Below are positions 1-12,792 of a DNA stretch of 64,000 nt, piece by piece; position 1 is the stretch's first letter; every line of letters starts with the position of its first letter. Origin of the DNA: Pelomyxa schiedti (Eukaryota > Protista > Evosea); NCBI GenBank assembly GCA_020536535.1, contig JAHLWZ010000171.1, positions 156,288 to 220,287 on the forward strand, written 5' to 3'. The notes beneath the pieces were generated by a model. It saw nothing but the letters and a program-made list of their open reading frames with translations, made no database searches and was not told the origin of the DNA. Both the position numbers and the translations under genes were made by a program.

Positions 1-3000
1 GGAGAAGGGGAACGCGAGCTCCACAGAGTGGATGAAGTCGCAGGAGAAGACCTTCACGTTCGCATTTTTCTCCCCCTCCCTTATGCTCCCATAATTCTCT
101 CCCGCCCGCCCTCTCTCTCTCGTATCCGTATCAGCCTTTGTGTCTTCTGTGCCAGTTTTGTCCTTCTCCCATAAGGTTGTTGTTGCTAATGATGACGGGC
201 AGGAAGTGGGTTAATTCTCACCTCGTGAAGGACAAGGGCCCACTAGTGGTTTCAGTGAATGAAGCTTTTACCTCAGGAATCAATCTTATAAGAGTACGAT
301 ACTCAGAGTTTCGATTCATTTGGCTAACCACTTCACTATTTTCTTTTTTGAACACCAAAGTTGATTCATATTCTTTTTGGGTGTCCCCTTCCAAAATACA
401 ACCCGTCTCCCAAGTTTACTGCACAGTCATTGGATAACATCAGTAAAGCACTTGTACTTGTGGAAAATCTGGGAATCAAGTCAACATTGAAACCAATACG
501 TACTCCTCTTCCCAAACATCCTCCACCTTAGTTTCTTGTCCAATACTCTGAATCTCAGATCTTGTCGAGCAAAATGCTGTTTTTATTCTTGGTCTCATGT
601 GGCAAGTTGTACAAGCTTACAACATGAAACGCATGAAAGAAGGAAGAACACTAAACCACAAAATCATCCCATATTCTGACCACTGTAACTACGGTACTAC
701 AAACAGAGTGTTACAAGATGAGTTAATGTTTTTAGCATTGAAAGGACCTGGGGCATGGAATCCTGTTCCCAAGTCTCCTCAACAACAATGGACTTCCTTG
801 AAAAGTATCATTTCCTCTGAAAAATTTACCCCCAGCGTTTCTTCAACAACACACACTCCTCCTGGATCCCCGGCACAATCTCCAACTTCAGAAAAAATGC
901 ACACACCATTAACACAAGACCCCCCAAAACCGGTACAAGACCCTGTAAAAATAACCCAAGATTCCGTCAAGGCAACCCAAGAGCCCACAAAAGCTCCCCC
1001 CAAAGTAATACTCCCAGAATCAAACACACCTAGTACAGCAGATTCAAAAACTTCGAGTAAAAATCCTGTACACACCCAAGAAACAACAGCTAAACTTCCA
1101 ACAGCTCCAACCACTCCAACACCCAAAGTCAGGCCAATGCAGATGCAGATTGCATCTATTGTGTCAACGTTGAAGCTATCCCCGAGTGCAGTGCCATATA
1201 AGGCTCTCAACAACAAAGAAACAACAAAAACAACCCCACAACACACTCCACCATTACCAGGAACATCCAATCCGCTTCCTTCTGAAAAACTTGCTCCTTT
1301 TACCATACCAAAACCTACCAAGGCGCCACCAGTCCCAACACCTGCAACCTCCATTTCACCTGTAAAAAGCTCTACTCCTAACATAGCTCCTCCTAGCTCA
1401 GCGTCTACAACAACCCCATTGGAAACACCCCCTCTCCAAGAGTCCATGCCACCCATTGCCTCACCACCCCTCACTTCACCATCACCACCATCATTACTGA
1501 CCGACGTGGCGCCCAACCCTTCAAAAATAGAAAATTCCACCACACCTTCACTGCCTGTGAATATAGCGTCACCCCCTTTATGCTCACCCACGACATATTC
1601 TAGTTCCTCTCAAGTGGAGGTTATCTCTCCCATAAAGGAAGAAGTTATCCCACAGTCCTCTTCTACAAGTTCAATCCCAAATGCACAACCAACCTCTCAA
1701 GCAAATGTACAACCGCAAACACCAGTATTACCTGAACCAATTGCTACACCCACTCCCGAACCAATTGTAACTTCAGCGCCAGAACCAATTGCAACGCCTA
1801 CTCCCAAGCCAATTGCAACTCCAGCACCCGAACCTCTCATACCAATTCCCCAACCAATTCAACTGCAGGTGTCCCCGCCAGTTCCAGAAGCTCAAACACC
1901 TTCTCCCCCACTGACAACTCCACCACAACCACCCACGCAAACAAAGCTTACCCCACCTATTGAAACAATACCACAGCCAGACTCCCAAAGTCTTTTCCCC
2001 CAGCAAACCTCTCAGCCAGCTGAAGCTTCAGTTCCACAATGTATACAAGCATCAAGTCCCCCAATACTTACCACATCTCCTACCAATTCAACATCAACGG
2101 CACCATTGAAGAGTCATGCATCCCATGTCACAACACCTCCAGATGCAAAGGCAAACAATTCAGCTTGCCCACTTTGCCCACCATCAAACATTGTGGCTCC
2201 TGAAAAACGAGGCAATTCTACCCATTTTTCTTTTTTTTTAAAAAAAACCCAGAGCTAAGCACCAAGGAACTGCTCATGGATTTTTGCCAAAAATGTACCA
2301 AGCCTTACTCTGTATTTATCAAGGATTTCACATCCAGGTTTGTTCATACTACCAGCTTAGAATTCTTCATTTCCTCCCTAAAACAGTTTTGCTGATGGAG
2401 TCGCATTTTTGTGTTTGGTGGGAAAATATATTCCAGACAAGGTAAACATTGAAGCAAGCAAAAAGGTACGACCTTCAATTCCGTAACTGCCATCAACACT
2501 CCCAAAGAGTCTTTCAAAAGACAATCTCGAAGTAGCTTTTTCACTTGCAGAAACAGAACTTGGTAAGAGCAAACTATAATTTGTACCACAAGAAAGTAAT
2601 TGTTGTCAGGAATCCCACGCCTGCTTGATGTTGAAGGTAATAAACGAACTTTTCTAATTGAGCTTATTAATGTGCCTCAGACTTCATTGGGCAACTTCCT
2701 CATGAGCTTTCCGGTGGGTAATTTGTGGGAGTCAAATCAACATTCCAGTCATCTAACTTCTCTCCAGTTATGACCTACATCTCTGAATTTTTGCATTGCG
2801 TTCCTTTGGTAATGCCCTTTGTTAATTCTTCCTTTCAATTAACCAACATTACCAGAACTCTGAACCTGAAAGCATTTCCACAGAGGTGGGCACCACAATC
2901 ACCCCTGAAGAAACTTCAATGAACAGCCCCATGCCTAAGCTCTTGCATGGCAGTCAACTACCAGCAGTGAGACCTAAATCGCCACCACCCACAACATCAC

Positions 3001-3898
3001 CCTATCGCGGCCGGCCCCTGTCCCCCCCAGCAAGTCAAGCACAGACAGCTTTGACACCGTTGTCTCACTCTCACTCTCATTGTAGACCCCACTCAGTGCA
3101 TCTTGAGACAGGCACAACACCAAAGCACGCACGATCGACTTCACTTTCTGATGCTATTGGAAAACCGGATTCTTCAGTAACTGAAGTAGAGAAGCCAGTT
3201 GCAACAACACCACCTGTGCCAGCTATTTCCCCAGTTTCCCCAGAACCCTCGGAATGCAAACCTGTCACCCCTATTCAAAATCAACCTGAAGTGATTCCAC
3301 CTAACATTTCTGCTGCACCAGTATCGGCCAGCGTAACAACCCCAACCCCAACAACATCCGGAACTCCACAAATTCCCCCGGAGGCATGCAATTCGCTCGA
3401 CTGATAATCTGACTTTAAATAACCTTGCATAGGTCCAAAGAGAGCTCGAATCACTACGCCGTAAGGCTTTACGCCTTGAGACCCGCAATACCAAACTGGA
3501 GGATCTTCTTGTCCAATGTGAACTAGCCCATAGATACACTGTGTCTGTTCTTACTACAAAATTGACCGACGCACAAAAAACTATTACGGACAACAAGGTT
3601 TTGCCTCCTGGTGCTTCAGGTTACCCACTAAATTTTTTAATCTTCAGAGGGAACATATGAACACAGTCTGCCAACTTCATGACAAAATTTCCAACTTAGT
3701 AAGTGACCAATCAAAGGAAGTGCGGCACCTGACAGAGCAAATAACCGCGCACGGGAGGTCTCTTCAGAAACTACGGGTAAGAACTCACCAAAATACAAAC
3801 ATGTGGCTAAACATGTCTTCTAATAGGCTGAAAGTGAGCAAAAAAAGCAGAAGTACAAAAAGAAAATCAAGGCGCTCAAAAACAACTCACGGCACTGA
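1..3898 (+). CDS. Multi-exon actin-binding protein, 5' end outside window: CH1 - ~530 aa Pro/Thr/Ser-rich insert - CH2 - Pro-rich region - C-terminal coiled coil
   Basis: Spliced exons give CH1 motifs WMKSQEKTF..KWVNSHL, SLDNISKALVLVENLGI, DLVEQNAVFILGLMWQVVQAY. After 2212 they give CH2 motifs ELSTKELLMDFCQKCTKPY, SFADGVAFLCLV, DNLEVAFSLAETELGIPRLLDVED, VMTYISEF. Coiled-coil exons lie at 3433-3898. Confidence 0.85.
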
Positions 3899-4049
3899 AT
3901 AACACATGAAATGAACTCTTGTATGTTAAAGCCCCAATGAGAAGAAAACAACTTGCGGCGGAAAAAGTTCTTTTCGTAGTTCCCTTTAGAAATAGTTCTC
4001 ACTGTTTTTCGTGTTCGTTTCGTTTCAAAGGCATTGAAAATAAAAAAAA

Positions 4050-5388
4050 ATGTCATTGGGGAGGGAGACAGCAGCGGTTCAAGTTGCCTTTTACGAGGCG
4101 TTCCAAGAGGAAGAAGAAATGTTGAGGAAGTATCTGCCTGCTTCTGTGAGTGCTGTGTTCACAAAGAAAACCATACAGGTTTGTTTTTTGGAGGGTGCTT
4201 GGTAGATGAATGAACCCAGCCATAAAACTTTGTTTTTGTCTTTTTTTTTTTCCCTGCTTCATTTTCCTTTTACCCTCCTCATTCATTTGATAAAGGAATC
4301 AGGAGATGTGGTGCCACCAGCAAGGATTGTGAGTGTGAGGACACAGTCCGTGATTCCAGAGGCTTGGGCACCATTGATGGACTGTCTGGTATCTCGCAGT
4401 ACTGGTTATGACCACGTTTTGAGGTTGGCTTTTCAATCACCAAAAGAACTTCTACTTTTTTCACCCTGGGAAATAGGTATAGGAATGCCACTGCTACAGC
4501 ACTCGGGGATAGGAAACTTGTATGCGGTTACCTACCTCTTTATTGCGCCAGAGCTGTGGCCGAACACGCGGCACTATTGTGGATGTCTTTGTTTAGGAAG
4601 CTCCCAAAACAAATCAGGTAGGTGTTGCTTGATTTTCTATTCTCAACCAACATCCTTTACAAAAACAGACAGTTCCAAATTTTCGAAAGAGATGGAATAA
4701 CTGGCTTTGAGTGTGAAAGGAAAACCCTTGTTGTTGTTGGAGTTGGCAATATTGGGTCACAGGCAAGCAACAGACACAATATCTTCGCCCCGAAATCTCA
4801 TTTCTGCAACAGGTTGTTGTGATTGGCAGAGGCCTCGGAATGAACGTGATTGGCGTGGATATAGTTCACAAGTTTGACTGGGTGACCTACTGCGACGACG
4901 TCGATTCCGCCCTTTCGCAAGCGGATGTCATTGTGTGCGCCATGAACCTCACGCGGGCCAATGCCGGCTACTTCAGCGAACAGCGCCTCAGAAAGTGCAA
5001 GAAGGGGGTTGTGTTTGTCAATGTCAGCCGAGGGGAGCTCAGCCCCGTAGAGCCGCTTCTGGTTCTGACCAAGGATCATCACATTGGGGGCGTGGGCCTC
5101 GATGTTTACGAGGACGAGCAATTCCTAGCCACCTCACTACGCCGTTCCGCTGCCGCTTCGGCTTCGGCTTCTACGTCCTCGTCTGTGACAATCACGGGGG
5201 GTACTGAGGCTCAGAACCAAAGAGTGCAACATGTAATGGAACTGCTTAGACAGGACAACGTTTTGTGTACACCACACAATGCATTCAACTGTGAGGAGTC
5301 TGTCGTGAGGAAGTCAGAGCAGAGTGCTCAGTCTATTGTGCACTTCTTGCAAACTGGCAAAGTTTTGTGGGAAGTTCCCTTGGAATAA
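4050..5388 (+). CDS. D-isomer-specific 2-hydroxyacid dehydrogenase (D-lactate dehydrogenase-like), multi-exon
   Basis: VAFYEAFQEEEE, SRSTGYDH, YCARAVAEHA, Rossmann GVGNIG, VNVSRG, GLDVYEDE and TPHNAFN (catalytic Arg/Glu/His) are all present. One GC-AG intron at 4763-4812. Confidence 0.9.
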
Positions 5389-5464
5389 AGGGGAAAAATC
5401 AAAAGTAACGCCATGAAAATGGAAATGAAAATTAAAATCCCAAGTGATGATGCATGTATTGGCG

Positions 5465-7393
5465 TTAAGACTTGCCACCGGTTTTAGCTTTGGGTTTGTC
5501 CAAGGATGCTGTGTTGGCCTTAAAGAAGATAATGTCACCATCAAGTACTTCATAGTTTTTGCCTTGTTGACGGTATTTTCCTGCTGCTTTAGCGGCTTCT
5601 TCTGAACCAAGTTCCTAACATAATGTCAGTCTTTGGTATCTTGTTTTTAAAATGTAACCTTGAAGTCCTCATAGGTCATCACCTCAGCGCAAATGAAACC
5701 GCGCTCAAAATCTGTGTGAATTGTACCAGCTGCTTGGGGAGCCTTTGTTCCTTTCTGGACGAAGGGTCAAATAAAGAACAGAAAAGCCTTGGGAGAGTGT
5801 ACCCTGATAGTCCAGCATTTCACTTCATCAGCACCACAGGTGAAAAAGTGGATGAGATCCAGAGCAGCATACCCCTTTTGGGATTATTAACACAACAGAA
5901 TAAAATCCGCGGGGGAATATTACCGTCCTCACAATTTTTGAAAGTGTTGCAGGTACTTGAATCTTCAAGTCCTGCAGTGTAGTGGCCTGTTGATTTAGTT
6001 AGGGTGTGGGCATAGGAATGTAATCCATCAGTACCGCAGCTCGCGCTTTGTCCACATTTTCTTCAAGTTCCTAAAGGAAAGTTACTCCCAAGTGGGGGAA
6101 AAGGCAATGCCCAAGAGGAGTACAAACCATGGCAGCAATAGCGCCACAGAAAGGAATAATGGGCTCTCTGTATGGATCGGAATAGCCATCGATCCACTGC
6201 TTGATTTTGAGAAGCCTGTGCATAGTGAGATTACAGTTGTATCGTGTGTGATACCATCTATTCTTTTTTGCCAAGAAGTCGGTGGCGCCCATGTTGATCA
6301 GATAAACTACTGGCTTGGCTGTGAGCAGAAACAGTGTATTGAGGGTTTCAACCTACAATGTGATGAGATGAGAAATAGGGAGTTTAGTTTTGTTGTGTAC
6401 CTCATGTGCCTTCCAGTCACCAAATCTAACTGGGCGCTTTTTCACTGACACCCATTCATCGAATTTCTTGAGGTCATCCTGAACGAGCTCGGATCGGAAG
6501 AAAGAATAAAAAAACCACATACCAGCTCCATCAATATTTGTTTGTCTCTGCGTGCACGGAGTTGCTTGGTGGTAGCCTCAATGCGTGCTTTAATAGTTTC
6601 TTCATCCTAAAACTAGTTATGTCTCATGGAAATTTGCCAACCAGTACCTTGAGTAAGAGTTCCTCAGCAATGATCTCCAGGTCTCTGACAGGGTCAACAG
6701 TACCCTCGACGTGGGTTACATCAGGATCCTCAAAAATACCTACAAACAATAAGGTGAAGTGAAGAAGTAATTGCGCACATACGGACAATCTGGAAAATTC
6801 CGTCAACAGCACGAATATGAGACAAAAAGGCATTTCCAAGACCTTCACCATGCGAAGCACCCTTGACAAGTCCAGCAATATCGGTGATCTGATTGCGCAT
6901 TCAGTGAAGCGTAGAGGGTTGTTAGACTGCTTTACTTGGAGGAATGCTGAGACTTCACTGCGGGGATGGAAGTGCTGGCACAGAAAATCAAACCTTTCGT
7001 CAGGAACAGTGACTCTGGGAAGAAAAAGAATTGGGTCAGCACTCAAATGAAACAGTGAAAGAAGTGAACCTGGCTTCATTTGGGTCAATGGTACAGAATG
7101 GATAATTTGCGGCAGGGACTTGGCACTGAGAGAGCATATTGAAAAGAGTAGACTTTCCAACATTTGGGAGACCAACAATACCAATACGAAGGTTTTTATC
7201 GACTTTGCCTGTACAACTGAATAAGAGCGAGGAAAACCCACTAAAACACTAGGAAAAAAAAAAAAAAAAAAAATTCATGGTGGAGGGAAAAAACCCAACC
7301 GAGGATTGGTCTCGCAGGTGGTTCTGTTGTTGGTTTCCGAGCAGCTGATGCTGTGCTCGTAGTCGCAGGCTTTGCCGGTGTCGTGGCCGCCAT
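5465..7393 (-). CDS. OLA1: Obg-like ATPase OLA1/YchF, multi-exon
   Basis: [82 protein letters not shown]. Confidence 0.95.
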
Positions 7394-7660
7394 CTCAGAT
7401 GAACGATTTCTTTTGATTTTCAAATCTGTCCCCGAAAACGGTGTTTTCGGATGCCGGCGTCCTCAGCTTACTTTGCTATCACAACCAATCGCGCCTGGGC
7501 TCACAGGCGAACATGCTTAACACCGAAGTACCTTTGGTATTTGGAAAAATATTCGTTGTTGGCAAATGTTTTTTTTTTTTTTTGGTGTCGACTTTGTTTC
7601 CCACAAACTCTCACCAAGAATGTGTGGTGTATGTACAAAGTGGGGAGGATGTGTCAATGA

Positions 7661-9700
7661 CTATGAGAAATACACCTTCTGGTAGTTGGTAACAGCCTGC
7701 CGGCACACTCCGCATTGCTTGGTGTTCGACTGAACCTGCTTGGTGCAGGGTGCACAGAATGTATGACCACATGGAATTGCTGCAAATTCGGGAGGGCGCT
7801 GGAGGCAGATTGGACATCCATCTTTCATAGACAGTTCGGGGTCTGGTCTCTGCAGGGCCTGTTTTGGCAGATTAGAAGAGACAAAAAAACCTGAGGAGGG
7901 CACATTTTGCAGTTCCAAGAGTTCCTTGTGCACTTGCGCCATTTCTAGGCGCTTGTGAGAGTCAAAGACTCTACAGCGCCGTATAAGGCGTACCAAGGCA
8001 CTCCAGACTACCTCAGGCCAGACACACCGCTTGTCAAGTAAAGCCGTAATGTCAGTTTTAGAGCCTGACAACATTGTCTCTTTGAGTACACTTGGCGTGG
8101 GGATATCTGGGGCTGTCCTTCCTGTAAGTAGCTCAGTTGCTAAAATCTGTGAATTTGGTTTAGTGTCTTCACTATTGTGCAAAGGAAAGCTTACCCCAAG
8201 GGCATAAACGTCACTCTTGGGAGTAGGTGTTCCGCTAATTATAGTCCTATTAATGCTGAGCATGTAAGCATAAATAACGGTGGAAGGGTACTCTGGGTCT
8301 CCGTATTGCCTTGGGGTAACAGACCAATAGGTCTTAGTGCAAGAAGCTTTTAACTTTTCTAGAAAGTAGTCTGAGAGTAGGACCGTGTCACTGGCGGAGA
8401 ATAGTACGTTTGTTGGCTACATGGAATAAGTGATGTACTAGCAGGTCTAGAAAAAAAACCTTGATATTACCATGTGGAGAAGAGAATCTTGTGTGAAGTA
8501 CGAGTGCGGCTTCAGCTAAAAAATTATTTTAAAAAAATGAGACAGAGGAACAGCATTGATGAACATACCTATGCCTACAAGAGCTTTTATTCGTTCTAGC
8601 ACTTGAAATTCAGGACAGACCATCTTTTCACACAAGTTGCCATGCGGAGCAAACTCGGTAGCAACAACTATGTCTTTCTTAGCCGTTACTCCTACTTCGA
8701 CGATATTGGTAAGATGAGGGTCTTTTTCTGCTTTCAGATTCTGGTATACTTGTCAACTTCTCAAATAATTAACAGGGAGTAGTTTACATTTAGTTGAACT
8801 ATGCAATCTTCAGCATAAGTCATCCTGTCTCCTCCAAAGACCTTGAGTGCTAAGGGACCGTCCTTTGTGCGGATTCTTAGTACTGGCCCAAAGAAGACAG
8901 ACCCAATTACAGCCTCGAAAGACACATCCGATCTTGGAAGACTGAGAAAAAAATCTATAGGGTAAAATGCACAAACCTCGAACTTAAAGAGTCGCGCAGT
9001 GCTGTAATAAAAGCCTGGTCCCTACTGGAAACGGCGCCAGGAACAAGGAGGGACTGTGGTGCAGTGTTGGTCACAGTAGCAGGGATCGCAGCTGTGTAGC
9101 CTGTGCCTGAGGGGACAGTGGTTTGCGGCAAGGTTGGACTTGCTAGAACTGGAGCTCGGGAAAGACTCTGGTCAGCGAAGCCTTGGATTTCCCTTAGTGG
9201 CAGTACTCTGTTTTCCATGTTGGGGGCATGTACTTCGCGGTCCGGTATCGACTGCAGATTAGCAACAAAAGACCTCGGCGAGAGGCCAGCAGTAGCTACA
9301 ACCATAAACGCAGGGTTCGAGGGAGTTTCTACGATGGGAGGTGTGCCCGTCCGCGGGGGCAGGACCACCATCGGGGAGCCGTACGGGCTTGCTGTTGCCG
9401 AGGCAGTAGAAACAGGGGCAGTGCGGGAAAAAGTAGAAGTAGTGGGCGTAGTATTAAGCGTCGGCTCTTGTGGCACATCTGCTCGATAATGCTGCCATCC
9501 TCGGGTGCTGGCGCTGGATTCTTGATAAAGCCGGGTGAATTGCGACATCGACGTGTTTAACAGATCTTGGTTACTCGACGGTGCTGCTGTTGTGGGGTTG
9601 GCTGTTGTTGCTCGGCAGTAGTGCACGGAAATGAGTCTATGTAGGGCATTAGTTTATTATTGAGTAGATCCATCTTACCTTAAACAGGTTGCTGTCGGGG
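7661..9700 (-). CDS. Ser/Thr/Pro-rich N-terminus + degenerate IRAK/Pelle-like kinase + C-terminal C3HC4 RING; 5' end uncertain
   Basis: Kinase-like segments VVATEFAPHGNL, YGDPEY, KSDVYALGV..ELLTG. RING CPICLQRPPEFAAIPCGHTFCAPC..CGVCR at the C-terminus. Confidence 0.75.
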
Positions 9701-9933
9701 AGTTTTTTGAAAAAATGATATTTTTTGTCCCCGCCGGTTAAGCGTTGTTGGCCTTCGGCCGTGGAACTCGTAGAAATTTGGTTTATTGACAGCTCAGAAG
9801 AATAGGGCAATAGAAAACAGAAAAAAAAACGGAAAAAGCAATTGCCATCAGTTGCAATAGTCTTTTAGAAACAAACGAGTTTGAAAAAACTCTAAACAGG
9901 AAGAGAGGAGGTGCTAGGGTGACAGTTGGTGTA

Positions 9934-11876
9934 TCAGTGCCTGTGCTTCTTTGGTGATGGGCCCCTGGCCTTGTGCTTGGTATCAGACTCACTCTCACTG
10001 CTGGATTTTTTGTGCTTGTGGTGGTGATGGTGATGGTGGTGTTTGTGCCTGTGTTTGTCTGAGCTTGAGTCAGAGCGGGATTCCTCTTCACTGCTGGATT
10101 CTTTGTGTCTGTGCTTCTTATTGCTGCTGGGTTTACTGTGGCTTGTGGATTCCTTGCTGCTGGGAGATTTGGCCGCAGATTCCCCGGCCGGTGCCTTGCT
10201 GCTTGGAGGGGGTTCTTCTTCACCTTTCATGGATTCCTTGCTGCCACCTGTAGTGGTGGATTCGGGTTTGGGTGATTTGTCAGAAACTTTGGGTGTAGCT
10301 GCTTCTGGCTTGCTCTCCGCGGGTGCGTCATTTTTGTTTGTTGTGGGTTCAACTGATTTTTTGGCTGGTTCTTCATCACCTACTACTGGAGCCTTGCCTT
10401 TCTTTGTTGTGTCTTTACCTTTGTCACTTTCACTGCCACTGGATGACCTCTTACGCTTCCGATCCTTGTGTCCTTTTGATGAGGAAGACTCTGGCTCGGG
10501 CTCGATGACATAAGTTGTGTCTCCTTTCAGGAATTTTACTATACGCTTTATAACATCTGTCTTGTTGCAGCCAGTGGTCCTCAACCTGTTATCCTTGCAC
10601 CACTGTCGGAGTTCCCCTTCAGAAAAAGTTATAACAGCACGAATTCAAGGGGAAAAAAAAACCTATGTAGTAACTCTGCTCAAGTTCCTCCTTCGTAATG
10701 CCTTTTTCAATGGGGGGTTTTGGATCATTGGAATCGTCTTCTACAACCCTCTTTTTCTTTCCTTTCGCAGGCTAAAGTTCGATTATTGGTTGCACCAGTG
10801 GAAAGGGTAAGCCTACCACTCCAGTGACAACAGCGTCAACTAATTGTTGCTTTGTGAAGAGCTTGCAGTCACCAAGCCCAAGTGCCTCATATGCTTCAAT
10901 AAGCATCCCCATGGTACACTAAACAGCCATGTGTGGAAGGAGGGATTAAAAAGCACTAACCTGAGATAAAAAGAAGGACATCCCCTTTAACAGCAGGTCA
11001 TTTGCCACTTTTTTTGCCATTTTCCCTTCATCACGCTTGCAGCTAGTCAAATAAGGAACAAAACGATCGGTGAGGTTCCAAGAGAGAAGTAGATTACTCT
11101 GAAATGTCTAAATAGAGGTTATCAGCAATTATCCTCAGCTGGGGTAGTTCAAGTCCATCCAACCAGGGCTGAAAAGTACTGTTATAATAGGTCATTTGGA
11201 AGTAACAAGAGTACTAACTTCAACACCAATTTCCTCCATTTTGGCAATAAGGCACTTGACATAAGCTGCTTTGGATGTATACTTCCTATCATCCTCAAAC
11301 ACAACAATTTTAATGAGGGCGTCTTTATTCAAGCCAGTTGATGCATATTTTGCTGCCATTTTATAAACTTGTGCCTCCTTCAAACACCAGTTAAGTTACT
11401 ATTTATTTGACCTCTAAAGTCCCACTTAAAAAGACCTAATTCATGTGTTTTAGGTAGCGCAACCAAACTTTAAAGTTTATATATATAAAAAAGAAATGCA
11501 AAAGAAAACACAAACAAACCAGCAGTGCGTCAACGAGCTTCTCCTTGCGCAATTTGCGTCGGCCGCGCAGCCGATGAGGCCACAAGGCCTCATTTGCCAG
11601 AATAGTGTCGGGATTCACGTTGTGCAGCGAAAGCAGCCTCTTTTTGAGCGAGCTGCCAATCGCGCCCAGAAACACCTGCAGCCTCTCGGCACCAGATACA
11701 CTTTCAGCAGCACCACGCGACGGCGACGGAGGCGTGGCGGCGCTGCTCGACTTGGAAGACGCAGACGACGACGCTGCGGATTTGGTGCTGCTAGATGTGG
11801 TTGTGGTGGACGAGGTGGATTCTTTGGAAGATGAGCGGTCCGGTGACGTCCCTTTGGTCTTGCTGGATGAAGACAT
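9934..11876 (-). CDS. SAP-domain nuclear protein with a Lys/Ser-rich, poly-His tail
   Basis: ELRQWCKDNRLRTTGCNKTDVIKRIVKFL fits the SAP motif. Further SAP-like helices LRKEKLVDALL and TKQQLVDAVV. Basic tail KHRHKHHHHHHHKHKK. Confidence 0.65.
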
Positions 11877-12792
11877 GTCCTAGCAGGTTCTCTTAATTTT
11901 TTTTTTTTTTTGAGTTTTTCGTTTGGTTTGTTAAGATTTGGATCGGCGGCCGAGTGTATGTGTCTTAGAGGCTACTCCGAGGGCGTTGTGGTTATGCAGT
12001 AACTGGTGGCTCAGGAGAATCCCCTAAGCCATGCCTATGACATATCCACTTCCAGGAAATCACATGCTTGGCCTCCTCGGACAATCAGAGGTCCCTCTGC
12101 AAGACGTATGCTCCTCCCTATCCGCACGATGGTGGAGAAGCATGTACAACTTGGAGGTTGGTTGCATTTACCGAAGTGTGAGGGGTGTGCCGCGTGGTAC
12201 TCTTCAAGTCGACTTCAGAGATCCTCCGAGGCTCTAATTCTGGCGCTGCATTTTTCGTTGATCGGTGGAGAAATAGATACATCTGGCTGAATAGAATAAT
12301 CAACAGACCGGAACGCTGTCATTTTCCTTATCGTCGCTCAGGATCGGCGGTCTGGTGTTTTTTTTATTTCGCCATCTTCTGTGCCCCCTATGGTGCACAA
12401 CTGCTGCACGTAACCCAAACTGCAGTTTTATCTTTGCCTATTTTGGAAACTGTACAAACCTGTAATAGCGGTTTTCGCCCGAGTGAGCTGGATCCCGCGG
12501 AAAAAACCGAAATTTCTTGGTCCACTAACGCACGACGATTTCAAGTACCGTGGTACTTCTCCTCGAAAAAGCAGTGGGGTAACGAACGCAGTGAGCTGTC
12601 ATCTCCATCAATCACTTCATATTCTCCTTTCACTTAAACACAAGTCTCCATCAGGTTTTTGCAATCGTCACAGGTTCTCTACCACTCTTTTTTTTTCCCC
12701 TGTCTTTCTTTTTTATTCCGGTATTTATTTGCCAGCTATACAGGCCACTGTTACTTAATAGAACTACCCTACCACTCTTCTGCCAATTTACC

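Noticed and set aside
779-1591. 270-aa minus-strand ORF
   Set aside because: Antisense shadow of the Pro/Thr-rich exon, with Gly/Val bias and no motifs.
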